The notes under the pieces are model-generated. The model was not told where the DNA came from, made no database searches, and saw only the letters and a program-made list of their open reading frames with translations. DNA of 62,877 nucleotides, the filler included, from Octopus bimaculoides (taxonomy: Eukaryota), in the NCBI RefSeq assembly GCF_001194135.2. It is 3 parts of 3 records of this genome, joined end to end, with 100 filler letters (N's around TTAATTAATTAA, not from the genome) between each part and the next. Parts side by side here need not be neighbours in the genome. Positions count along the whole stretch, not along the records: positions 1 to 30,534 come from NC_068983.1; 2 more parts are not named here. The stretch is one strand, 5' to 3'. Numbering within the stretch: the first letter of the stretch is position 1; every line of letters begins with the position of its first letter. Below are positions 1 to 10,611 of this stretch, one piece after another. A program made the translations under genes and the position numbers.

Positions 1-359
1 ATACATACATACATACATACATACATCTTCACCTATACATATCAGCCAGTCAAGCAATTTACATTTTTATCTTTACTGTTTTACTCTTCTCGCTACATAG
101 AATCTCTTTCTGTCATTCGCTCTCTGTCTCTCTTTCTCTCACTCTCAGTCTCTCTCTCCCCCCTCTCTCTCTCCCCCCTCTCTCTCTCTCTCTCTATCTC
201 CCTATCATTCTCTCTTCCTCTCGTCATTCATCCTTTCATCTCTGTCGCAGGTTTGATAAGCAACCATTTATGAAAACATCTTGGAATGATAAAAATCCAA
301 TTAGATATTCACCCAAAGACACCTAAATATAGACATAGTCTTCCTTCAATCTCGCTGTC

Positions 360-800
360 GATGAAGTAAATACCCGCGAATATTCCGATGAAGTAAGCAC
401 CCATATATAATCTGAAGTACTTGTATATACAGTAATTCAATAAGTATTCGTATATGTTGTGATTAAGTACCCCGTATATATTGCGACGGAGTAAATACCC
501 GTATATATTGTGGTAAAAAAATACTCATATATGCTGTGATGAAAAAGTACCCGTATATACTGATGTTAAGTACCCGTATATACTGATGTTAAGTACCCGT
601 ATTAACTCTGTTAGGGGAGGTATCCGTGAATACTGTGTTGAAGTAAGAAGTCGTATATCAGTGATAAGAGAAATACCCATACATACGGTAATATAGTAAA
701 TACGCGTATATACTGTGGTACTATAAGTACCCGTATATTTTTGTGATAAAGTACATATCCATAAATACTTTTTAAGAAATAAGCACCAATATATTCTCTT
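360..800. repeat. Degenerate minisatellite, ~25-28 bp unit (AAGTACCCGTATATA-like core)
   Basis: About 15 imperfect recurrences of AAGTA(C/A)CCGTATATA separated by TGTGAT-like spacers. Confidence 0.7.
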
Positions 801-1165
801 TTATTCTCTTTTATTTGTTTCAGTCATTTGACTGCGGCCATGCTGGAGCACCGCCTTATAGTCGAGCAAATCGACCCCGGGACCTATTCTTTGTAAGCTT
901 AGTACTTATTCTATCGATCCCTTTTGCCGAACCGCTAAGTGACGGGGACATAAACACACCAGCATCGGTTGCCAAGCAATGCTAGGGGGACAAACACACA
1001 CACATATACATATATATATATATACATATATACGACGGGCTTCTTTCAGTTTCCGTCTACCAAATCCACTCACAAGGCTTTGGTCGGCCAGAGGCTATAG
1101 TAGAAGACACTTGCCCAAGGTGCCACGCAGTGGGACTGAACCTGGAACCATGTGGTTGGTAAGCA
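794..1165 (-). mobile_element. tRNA-derived CORE-type SINE (family A), near full length, internal microsatellite
   Basis: Minus strand reads B-box-like GGTTCCAGGTTCAGTCCC, CORE-like CACCTTGGGCAAGTGTCTT, (TA)n(TG)n, a 3' half ending CAGCATGGCCGCAGTCAAATGACTGAAAC and an AAAAGAG(A/T) tail. Many other copies occur in the window. Confidence 0.9.
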
Positions 1166-1763
1166 CATATATAGTGTATGTGATAAAATAAGTGCTCATA
1201 TAATTTAAATAATTCGATTTGGAATTGATTTTGTTAAATATATAATTTAAATCCAGTCAACCAATATTTAGCATTGAATCAATCGTGCTATTCTGTAGCT
1301 GGTAGCTTAATCAATAAGGTTCCAGACAAACCAGTAATTGATTAACGTTTTGTATCATGTTACTGCCGCCATCTTCTCTCTGCAGTGACATACTGAACTT
1401 CCAGCAATCTAAATAGGTAATTCGGGATGGAATAATTTGCCTCTGTAAGCAGCGGCAGTACTCTAAGAATGCCGAGTCCTTTTTTCCACAGAGCTAGAGA
1501 CCTTCAGTGGATTTCCATAAAACGAAGGGAAACCACTTTTTATGTACTCCCACCTTTAATCACATGTCACCTCGGTGCTCAATGATGCATCAACCGATCC
1601 AAGAGGGTCAAGAAATGAAACATTCTAGTTTCCCTTGCGATAAAACAACATAAGAACCTTTTAAACAGTAGAAGTACTGCAATTATCAAATTCGATCTTC
1701 ACAACTGGTAATCTATATTCTTCGATCAAAAGCTTGGCCCAATATGGACTGGTTTATTAGATT

Positions 1764-1812
<49 letters not shown>

Positions 1813-2611
1813 ACATATCGCTTCTAGAGTGAATTATTTAAAGCTCTGATTTTTTTTCATACCTTCTGATTCACGCTAACTAATAAGCAGCATTGATTTA
1901 TTTCTATTAAGTACAGGAACGTTTGTTGATATTGATCTTTTGCCCATATTCAGTTCTTAGAGAGCAGATCTGTGATCAAAGGCATTTCCAGTATGGCAGT
2001 ATGTCTTATTCTTAAATACAGGAGCAACCATATTATTCGGTGTGTTCCTCTTTTCTAAGAAGTTAGATATATATTTTATAAAGAGATAGATTCGACTATA
2101 TCATTTCTATTTGTATCTTCCTGTTTCTTAGCGAGTCCACTGAGAGCTGATGAAAGAATTGAGCCGCGAATCGTTAAGATAACAGAAGATAAATTTTCCT
2201 CTATATAGAACGCTGCTCTATTAGAAATATTTATTTCTCAACGAACTGATGCAATGACATTCAGAAACAATGTACTATCAGAAACTACAAAAATATTACT
2301 GTAGATCTGAGACCATGGGATTTATCATAGAATACAATCGTTTGCATTCGGTAAAAGAAGATTTTTACACATTAAATATTTACTCACACGAATTTCATAC
2401 GTAAGATGAAACTAACAAGTTCGCGTTCACCTTAATTTCTTCTGATCAATATATAGACAATAAACCTAACTTTGTCTTGTAATCGTCTTTGAATACTGAA
2501 AAAATAGGTCAAGATTGAAATAAACTGGTGAAGTTCGTATTATAGACAACATGTAACTTCTATATTGTCTTTGTTGTTGTGCTGTCAAAACTATTCAAGC
2601 CATGCTCATCC

Positions 2612-2790
2612 CGCCTGTATATGTGTAACCTATATAGTAGAAATTTATAGAAGACGACGACAGGTGTATGAACAACAGGCAAGTGTATTAGTTTGACGCT
2701 CGGGAAATGAAAAGTCTTTTACGTTTCGAGCCTACGCTCTTCAACAGAAAAGAATGAGAAAATAAACAGAGAGAGAATGAAAAAAAAAAA
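2612..2790 (-). mobile_element. Penelope-like terminal-repeat fragment (contains hammerhead-like motif)
   Basis: Contains CTGTTGA-A-GAGC[GTAG]GCTC-GAAAC-GTA on the minus strand, the layout of minimal hammerheads in Penelope-like elements. No RT is visible. Confidence 0.45.
2715..2753 (-). ncRNA. Minimal type-I hammerhead ribozyme-like motif (variant core CUGUUGA)
   Basis: TCTTTT|CTGTTGAA|GAGC GTAG GCTC|GAAAC|GTA|AAAGA: perfect 4-bp stem II, GAAAC, GUA cleavage triplet, TCTTT/AAAGA stem I. The core differs from CUGAUGA at one position. Confidence 0.5.
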
Positions 2791-2884
2791 AAAACTTGCA
2801 GATTTACCTATATAAACAGAGCTAACTTAGCTGTTTCTCCGTTGATAGAAAAAATAACGAACAACCTTAATCGATTTTCGAATC

Positions 2885-3608
2885 TTGTTTCTGTCACTGA
2901 ACTGTGGCCATGCTGGAATACCGCCTTGAAGAGTTTCGTCGAATGAATAAGACACCAGTACTTTTTTTTAGTCTGATACTTACTTTATTGGGTCCTTTGC
3001 TGTAGCGCTAAGTTACAGGGAAAGTAAACAAGCCAACACTGGCTGTCAAGTGATGAGGAGACAAACAGAAAGACACACATGCACATTCACGCACGCAAAC
3101 ACGCACATACACACAGATATACACAAATACACGCACATACACACACACATATTAGGTTGGTGCATAATTATTGCGAGTTTTTTTTCAACAAATTTTATTC
3201 AACAAAAACAATAACAACATGTAACAAAAACATCTTTAAATGATTATTCCGAAGCATATTCACCATCTACTTCAATTACTGCTTCCCATTTGCTTGGCAA
3301 AGATGTTTTTGTTAAATATTGCTATTGTTTTTGTTAAATATTGCTATTGTTTTTGTTAAATATTGCTATTGTTTTTGTTGAATAAAATTTGTTGAAAAAA
3401 ACTGCAGTAATTATGCACCAACCCAATATATACTTATATATATAGGACGGACTTCTACATTGTTTCCATCAACCATATTCACTCACCAGGCATCGGTTGG
3501 CTCGGAGTTATAGCAGACGACACTTGCCCAAGTTGTCACGCAATGGGACTGAACTCAAAACCAAGTGGTTGCGAAGCGATCGTCTTAACTAAACAGTCAT
3601 GCCTGCAT
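2885..3608 (-). mobile_element. Older family-A CORE-type SINE interrupted by a mariner MITE
   Basis: 3' tail (GGCCATGCTGG..CCGCC) at ~2905, CACTTGCCCAAG CORE at ~3520, GGGACTGAAC head at ~3545. The MITE sits in the internal microsatellite. Confidence 0.8.
3150..3428 (-). mobile_element. Mariner MITE with Hsmar1/MADE1-like TIRs and TA target-site duplication
   Basis: TA|TTAGGTTGGTGCATAATTATTGC...GCAGTAATTATGCACCAACCCAA|TA, with terminal inverted similarity extending ~60 bp. The interior retains the transposase C-terminus on the minus strand (LPSKWEAVIEVDGEYASE*). Confidence 0.9.
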
Positions 3609-4595
3609 ATATTCTTTGAAGAAAAAAGAAAAAGAGAGAAACAAAAGACGTGTTGGTTGCAGCTTCAATAGATTTGATCAAGAGTTTGCTCGATCAGGGC
3701 TGAACTGGAGATCAGCACCAGAAGAACGACAACAACTTATGTTGTTAAATCTCATAGGAAAAGGCATGAATGACACTACAGTTCGAAACGTATCGTAGTG
3801 TTTTTTGCTTAGATAAAATAGAAATCAATAATGTCCTTTGATAAACGAAAAAAAAAGAAAAGAAAAGCATGAATTATCGTAAAGCTGTGCTTACAACAAT
3901 GACACAATTTATTTCAATTAACTTAGGAATAAACGAATTTCTCCATTGTTTGCTCTACAATGACTATAGCTTGGTTGTCTTTTGTATTACGTCTACATAA
4001 AATTACTGTAAAAATCTGACGAATAATGCAATGCTAATTTTATCAGTTATCTTTTAGCTGGATTAGTATTTCAGTGATCGCTTTATATAACTTCATATAA
4101 CATGCCATCACCATGGAAAGGAAAGCGGAAAAAGAAAAAAAAACCCAAAAAAAAACGCTGACATAGTTAAAACTGGAAACATTGATTACATTGAGAAGTC
4201 AACCATGACACACATAACGTGGTGAGCATGATAACTACAAAACTGTCTTCTCTTCTATCGTAACATCGTCATCATCATACAACCGTTAGCAACCGCTGCT
4301 ATATCTACCATAAAGATAAATTATTATTCATTGCATCTTCTATCTACGGCTCAAATCTCGTTCACGTTATTGTCAACGTTGAAAGAATTCTGATTATTTT
4401 ATTTCTGTTCATTTAACAAAGCCTTTGTCAACGTAACGTATATATATATNNNNNNNNNNNNNNNNNNNNNNNNNNNNNNNNNNNNNNNNNNNNNNNNNNN
4501 NNNNNNNNNNNNNNNNNNNNNNNNNNNNNNNNNNNNNNNNNNNNNNNNNNNNNNNNNNNNNNNNNNNNNNNNNNNNNNNNNNNNNNNNNTATATA

Positions 4596-4858
4596 TCTTT
4601 CATCTTTTATTTGTTTCAGTCATTTCATTGCGGCCATGCTGGGGCACCGCCTTGATGAAATTTTAGTCGATTATATCAACGCCCAGTGTTTATTTTATTT
4701 CAACTCTGGTACTTATTCTGTCTCTGTCTTTTGCTGAACCGCTAAGTTACGGGGGAGTAAACACACCAACACCCGTTGTCAAGTAGAGATGCAAAGACAC
4801 ACACACACACATACATACATACATACATACATACATACATACATACATACATACATAC
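4596..4858 (-). mobile_element. Family-A SINE 3' half plus (CA)n/(TACA)n
   Basis: TTTGTTTCAGTCATT..GCGGCCATGCTGGGGCACCGCC..GAACCGCTAAGTTACGGGG, as in the other copies. Confidence 0.85.
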
Positions 4859-4919
4859 AGCCAAAAATTTCGGGCCTTGTGCCTAGAGTAGAAAACAATA
4901 TATGTAACCTATATAGTAC

Positions 4920-5173
4920 GGTTGTGGGATCGCGGGTTCGAATCTTAGACCGGTCGATTTGTATGTTTATGAGCGAACCACCTACCTCCACGCGGCTCCG
5001 GCAGAAGGTAATGGCGAACTTCTGCTGACCCTTTCGCCACAACTTTCTCTCATTCTTTCCTCCTGCATCTAACAGCTTACCTGCGACGGACCGGCGTCCA
5101 TTCAAGATGGGTAACCTATATGCCAATGAAACCGGGAAACCGGCCCTTATGAGCCAGGCATGGCTCGAGAAGG

Positions 5174-5208
<35 letters not shown>
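4920..5208 (+). mobile_element. 5'-truncated tRNA-SINE (family C) with (AAC)n tail and 10-bp TSD
   Basis: B-box GGGTTCGAATC at ~4935 and an (AAC)n tail. TATATAGTAC flanks both ends (4910-4919 and 5209-5218). Confidence 0.8.
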
Positions 5209-5209
<1 letters not shown>

Positions 5210-5231
5210 ATATAGTACCTTTGTGAAGGCC

Positions 5232-5535
5232 CATGACTCAGTGCTTAGAGCGTCGGGTTCACAGTCATCAGGTAGTGAGTTCGATTCCCGGACCAGGTTG
5301 TGTGATGTGTTCTTGAGCAAGACACTTTATTTCACATTGCTCCAGTTCACTCAGCTGTAGCAATGAGTTGCAGCTTCACTGGTGCCAAGCTGTATCGGTG
5401 GCGTGGAGAGGGGAACTGGTATGAATGGGTGACTGCTGGTCTTCCATAAACAACCTTGCCCGGACATGTGCCTCGGAAGGGAACTTTCTCGGTGCAATCC
5501 CATGGTTATTCCTGACCAAAGGGTCTTTACCCTTT
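5232..5535 (+). mobile_element. tRNA-derived SINE (family D) with CORE-like segment
   Basis: A-box-like CTCAGTGCTTAGAGCGTCGG, B-box GAGTTCGATTCCC, CORE-like TCTTGAGCAAGACACTTT. Confidence 0.75.
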
Positions 5536-5564
5536 TTCTAGTCAGTACCTATATAAACAGGTAC

Positions 5565-5700
5565 TGTTGCATAGTGTAGTGTAATGCGCTGCAGTGTAGC
5601 GTTGCACAGTGCAGTATAGAGTGGTGTTGTGTTTGTAAAGTAATGCGGCTTCAAGTGATGCAGTGTAATGTAGTGTAAAGTGCATAGTGTTGTGTAGAGA
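5565..5700. repeat. Degenerate pentamer repeat (TGTAG/TGCAG)
   Basis: Repeated gtgtag/gtgcag/gtaatg units. Confidence 0.6.
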
Positions 5701-5725
5701 GATATTTCAATACATTTCTATTTGA

Positions 5726-5850
5726 AGGCAGCGAGCTGGCAGAATTGTTAGCACGCCAGGCGCAATGCTTAACGGTATTTCGTCTGCTGCTACGTTCTGA
5801 GTTCAAATTCCGCCGAGGTCGACTTTGCCTTTCATCCTTTCGGGTTATTC
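5726..5850 (+). mobile_element. tRNA-derived SINE family B, 3'-truncated
   Basis: GGCAGCGAGCTGGCAGAA..TTAGCACGCC..TTCTGAGTTCAAATTCCGCCGAGGTCGACTTTGCCTTTCATCCTTTCGGG. Confidence 0.85.
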
Positions 5851-6273
5851 AAGCATTGTTAACAGCGTAACTGGATGAGTCTCTTCTTCTATTACTTCTT
5901 TCTCCTTTTGCTCGAGACCCCTTTATATCTGTTCTCTTCTGACTAACACGGGCATAATGTAAAGAAAAATGAATTTTGAAGCAACGCATCGATATACATT
6001 ATTATCGTTGAAACAAGGGACACAGCCCAAGCACCAAGTAGGTGCTCCTAAAGGCACCCTCCTAAAAGCACCCAAGGACCAAGTAAGTGTGTTAAGCTGT
6101 ATGTGCATGTGTGGAAGATGCATGTTCGGACCACAATTCAACATATGTTACACATTGTTACAAAGCTACAATTTATCTCAGCGTTTCAATATATTCATAT
6201 CAACAATTGAAATATATTTCGTTTTTGTATTTGGTTTGCAAGATTCTTTATGTGAATTCGTGTGTTGAAGCAT

Positions 6274-6394
6274 ATTTTATTGTGTCTGGGGAGAGTCATT
6301 CCAGACCATACCAGACCAGACCAGACCAGACCAGTGAGTGTGTTAAATTAATAAGGCACCAAAAGAGAATGACTCTCCCCAGACACAATAAAAT
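6274..6394. repeat. Perfect 28-bp inverted repeat enclosing (CCAGA)n
   Basis: ATTTTATTGTGTCTGGGGAGAGTCATTC (6274-6301) is the exact reverse complement of 6367-6394, with a 65-nt spacer. Confidence 0.9.
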
Positions 6395-6496
6395 TAAAAT
6401 ATAACCGTTCACAAAAATCTGCTCCTCCCGTGTGGTCTTATACAAAAAGCACAAAGCTTGACAGACTACTAATCCTGCTACTGTTGGTGTCGCTTA

Positions 6497-6541
<45 letters not shown>

Positions 6542-6757
6542 TGACCTCTAAGACTGGATGAAGACCACATATTCGGAGTGAAGTCGATTAAATCAACACT
6601 TCAGTATTTGCATAGGGTTTTATTTTATGGAATCAAGGCAGGCGAAAGGAATGATGAAATTTGAATCCGGAATATAAAGGCTCGTAACTAATTACAAGGC
6701 ATTCTGTTTGTTGGTTGAACGATTCTGCTATGTCAACGCTGTGTTACAGTCTCAGTT

Positions 6758-6781
6758 GAGAGAGAGAGAGAGAGAGATAGA

Positions 6782-6867
<86 letters not shown>
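6758..6867. repeat. (AG)n microsatellite
   Basis: Direct reading; about 55 units with 2 interruptions. Confidence 0.97.
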
Positions 6868-6869
<2 letters not shown>

Positions 6870-6984
6870 TTATAATTAATCAAATAGACAAATATTATGG
6901 ATTCGCTTTTTATGTGCTTCGGAATATTTAATGAGAGAATTAAACTTGGTGAGAATTTAATTTCATAATTGCATGACTCTTGAG

Positions 6985-7200
6985 AGTGGTGAAGTGGCAG
7001 AATTATTAGAGCGTCGGAAAAAAATTGCTTTCCAATATTTGTTCCGGCTCTTTACGGTCTGAGTTCAAATTGGCTGAGGTCAATTTGGCCTTTCATCCCT
7101 CTGGAGTCTATAAAATAAAACACAGTTATAATACTGAGGTAGATGGTCTCGACTAAGCCCCTCCTTCAAAATTGCTGGCCCTGTACCTAAATTAACAATA
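6985..7200 (+). mobile_element. Older family-B SINE
   Basis: GAAGTGGCAGAATT..GAGTTCAAATT..GGCCTTTCATCC..ATAAAA..CCCTCC..AAAATTGCTGGCC. Confidence 0.7.
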
Positions 7201-7419
7201 ATATTTACAACATTCTCAGTTATTATTTCTGTCTACCTTCGTCTCTGGTCTTTATTCTATACAAAGCGTTACTATAAAGAGAACTCTACGTGGTCACTCA
7301 ACCTGTAAGAATTAGCAGCCAAATTTTCTTCAAATCAGACCATATCACAGTGATTTAGAAAGCTAATTAGAAAACCTATATTGATGCTTGAGCGTCTTGA
7401 AAAATTGTTGTAAGGTGAC

Positions 7420-7560
7420 ACCATGTACAGCTTGTAAGTCGGCAAATGAAATAGCCCGGTCTTTATTACCAGGAGTGAAGATGAGAATCAAAAGCCCCCT
7501 CTCGCAGCCACACCTGGCACAGACAAGGACAGTCATCCACGGCAACAACAACAACAACCA
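7420..7560 (-). repeat. Unclassified dispersed repeat, homologous to 13003-13150
   Basis: Both copies read (TTG)n..GAGGGGGCTTTTG(A/G)TTCTCAT(C/G)TTCACTCC..GTAATAA.GAC.GGGC.ATTTCA.TTGCCGACT.ACAAGCT. Confidence 0.7.
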
Positions 7561-7814
7561 GTAAGTATTCCTTCACAGTAGCACTATCCCATCCAATTAT
7601 GGGCTTGGGAACTAGACAAAGGCTGATAACAAAAATTAGACTTCTTTTTAAAGAAGGGGAGAAAGTAGTATGGTTCATTCTACAACAACTGTGCCATTTG
7701 CAGACGAATACCACAAACCATTTGTCTTCAGACTTCTCTCTCCCGCGTAGAAGATCCCCACAAGGAATCTCACGATTGAAGCGCCACAAAGATCAATCAC
7801 TAAAAAAATAAATG

Positions 7815-8320
7815 GCATGACAGGACTTGATTATTGGGCTCAACTTAAACAGCCGAAAGTATTCTCTGCAATGCCGCTGTAAGCGATACATTATTTGCAC
7901 AATGTGGAAAATATTCCACTAATATTATCTAAATGATATTGGTATTATGTTTACAATTCACCCAAGACTACGCCCCCGAACAATGCGTCCTTTACAAAGG
8001 TCGAGATCACATCACATAAGAACATTGTGACACAATTTCTTCACTGCAAATGGTCCTGCTCTTTTCAATGTTATCCCGAAAGAAATTAAAGTAGAAAAAG
8101 AGCCCACAACTTTCAAACGGTGCCTGGACAAATTCCTCCTGGAAATACCGGCGGATAAATCACCTACACCTGGATACGTCTCAGCCCACAACAACTCTCT
8201 ACTTGAGTGGTCCATGGTGTCCCGAAATAATCAATTAAAAGATTTTTCCAGGTTGTGCTATTGAGTTAGTCATGGCCTGGGCCGATAATGGCCGAAACCA
8301 ATCTAAGTTATCTAAGTTAT
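7815..8320 (+). mobile_element. CR1/Jockey-group LINE 3' end, decayed
   Basis: Conceptual translation across frameshifts: DYWAQLKQ..YSLQCRCKRYIICTMWKIF..FTIHPRL..GPALFNVIPKEIK..FKRCLDKFLLEIP..PTPGYVSAHNNSLLEW, then a CTAAGTTA-repeat tail. Confidence 0.85.
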
Positions 8321-8842
8321 TTATGGGATTGCCATTTGATGCTAAATAGCTGCTGCTCTCAAAAGCCTTGCGAATGCTTCATCTAGTTTTCTGTTCAGTG
8401 CTTAGTTAGAGTCCATGCAGTATAAGAGCACGGTTTTCATAATTATAGAAATACAATTAATAAATCAAGGTAAACAATAGTTTTCTATATTTTTCTAAAT
8501 TGTTAATTTTAAATAAAATAGAAATATTATTGTTTCTAAAATAGAAATATTATTGTTTCTAAAGACACAGATATTGTGTCGTATAATCAGCTGGAAACGA
8601 TGTTTCCTGGGGCTAAACAACAGTAACAATCGTCCCTTCCAGGACAGCCACTTTATGTTGGCAAATAGACTTTACTTTAATTTAAAATAGTTTTTCTTTT
8701 AATTTCCTGAGCATTTGAAATATTTTATATTCGATCCCCAGTGTACCAGGACGCAAAAAATAATGAGAACTATCTTTAATGAGAAGATTACACATTAAAT
8801 AACGTAATCCTACACCTCTGTCTTTCTCTCTTTCACACTACC

Positions 8843-8886
<44 letters not shown>

Positions 8887-9709
8887 TAGAGAGAAAGAGA
8901 GGGGGAAGAGCGAGAAAAACATTAAAACGTCTGTTATCAAATAAGTCAGCGTCGAACCAGAGACGCCAAATAGGTGGCGCCAAAACGTCTCATATCACCC
9001 TCTCTCTACTGCCCCTAACATCTGTACCGCCTGAAACATCGTTACTGCTTGTAACACCTTCATTGTCTTATCCACCTCGATCACTTTGTAACACCACAAC
9101 CGTCCATAACATCTCTTCCGTTTAATCTGTCTCTACAACCTAAACAACCTCTATTGTCTGAGCCGCCATTAAATACATCTTGACATTTATCGATCCATTT
9201 CTTTACCTAATTATTTTTCTTGTTTTTACAAAGACAGTAAGAAAACATAGCAATTATTAAGTATTGTATTTAGTTCAGTATTTTGCGAAAACAATAAACA
9301 AAATCAAAACATTGATTTTCATTTAATTATTATCCAGGAGCCATTTTTTTTATTGCATGCTTCACTGCACTACCGTAACAAGGTTTTGTATATTTTGGTC
9401 ACGTGCAGCCTTTGAGTATGTATGTGTGTTTTAGTACTGTATTGAAAATAATCCATTTAATATATCGTAGTATGAGTGACAAAATTGATTATCTTTATGA
9501 AATAATAGATAAAAAAACAATCTTTCTTTGGTTTTTACAACTTTGCTTCTGTGCTGGAAACAATGTCAATTACATTCGTTTCAGCTTTGTAATAACGCAA
9601 AGTTTCCATAACCATCTTACACTGTCTGTCTAGCGATAACAGCAGCTCTAGTAATTGTTTCTTCTTTTTTTTTCTTTCTAGGAAATCAATGTGTTTAATA
9701 ATCTTTTCT

Positions 9710-10160
9710 CGTTTAACTTACGCTTGTTTCAGTCCCTGGACTGCGGTCATGCTAGGGAACCGCTTTGAAGGATTTAGTCGAATGAATCTTATCCCAGCAC
9801 TTATTTTTTAGGTTAGGTACTTACTCTGTCGGCCTCTTTTGCATAATCCCTACATTACGGTGATATTAACAAACCAACACCGGTTATCAAGCAGTAGGTA
9901 GGAAACAAACGCAAATACAGTGGCGTAGATACATGTAACACACACATATATATACATATACACACATATACACACATATACATAGATACTAATATATAGG
10001 CTTCCGCACACTTTCTGTCTATCAAGTTCACTTACAAGGCATTGATCGACCCAGAGCTATAGCAGAAAACACTTGCTCAAGGTACCGTGTTATGGGACCG
10101 AAACCGAAACTCCGTGGCTGCAAAGCGATTTTCGTGACCACAGACATGTTTGTGCCTAGA
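9710..10160 (-). mobile_element. Family-A CORE-type SINE, older full copy
   Basis: Tail GCGGTCATGCTAGGG, internal (CA/TA)n, ACACTTGCTCAAGGTACC CORE, GGGACCGAAACC head. Confidence 0.8.
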
Positions 10161-10611
10161 CTATTAAAGAATTTTTATTTAAAAATCAAAGATAATCGAA
10201 TACACTACTNNNNNNNNNNTTATTTAAAAATCAAAGATAATCGAATACACTACTCACCTTACGTTATATAATTCAATACCTGGTAGAGTAGTGGACAAAG
10301 TGCCTTGCGGGATTTGATTATGACCTTTTCGTTCGGGGTTCAAATCCCACCAATTTCGACTATGACTCTCATCCGGTCTGATTCGATAAAATAAATTACC
10401 AAACAAGTTCTAGGGTTGATGTATTCGTCAAACCTCCACCCCTAAAAATTACTGACTTTGTGTTTAAATTAGAAGCAATTGTTTTTAAGGTCGTGAGCCG
10501 GCAGAATCACGAGAGCGTCTGAAAAAAATTCTTCGGTATATTTGTTCGACTGTTTACGTTCTGAGTTGAAATCCCGCCGAACTCAACTTTGCTTCTTTGT
10601 CTGAAAATCAA

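Noticed and set aside
360-800. CRISPR-like repeat-spacer array
   Set aside because: The context is eukaryotic, the units are degenerate and tandem with no unique spacers, and no cas genes are present.
1386-1416. 31-nt micro-exon with good acceptor (TCTTCTCTCTGCAG) and donor (AG|GTAATT)
   Set aside because: All frames contain a stop and there is no supporting neighbouring exon; such signals arise by chance in 60 kb.
10175-10254. 35-bp direct repeat flanking 10 N (possible TSD)
   Set aside because: This is the typical unmerged contig overlap at a minimal gap, so it is an assembly artefact.
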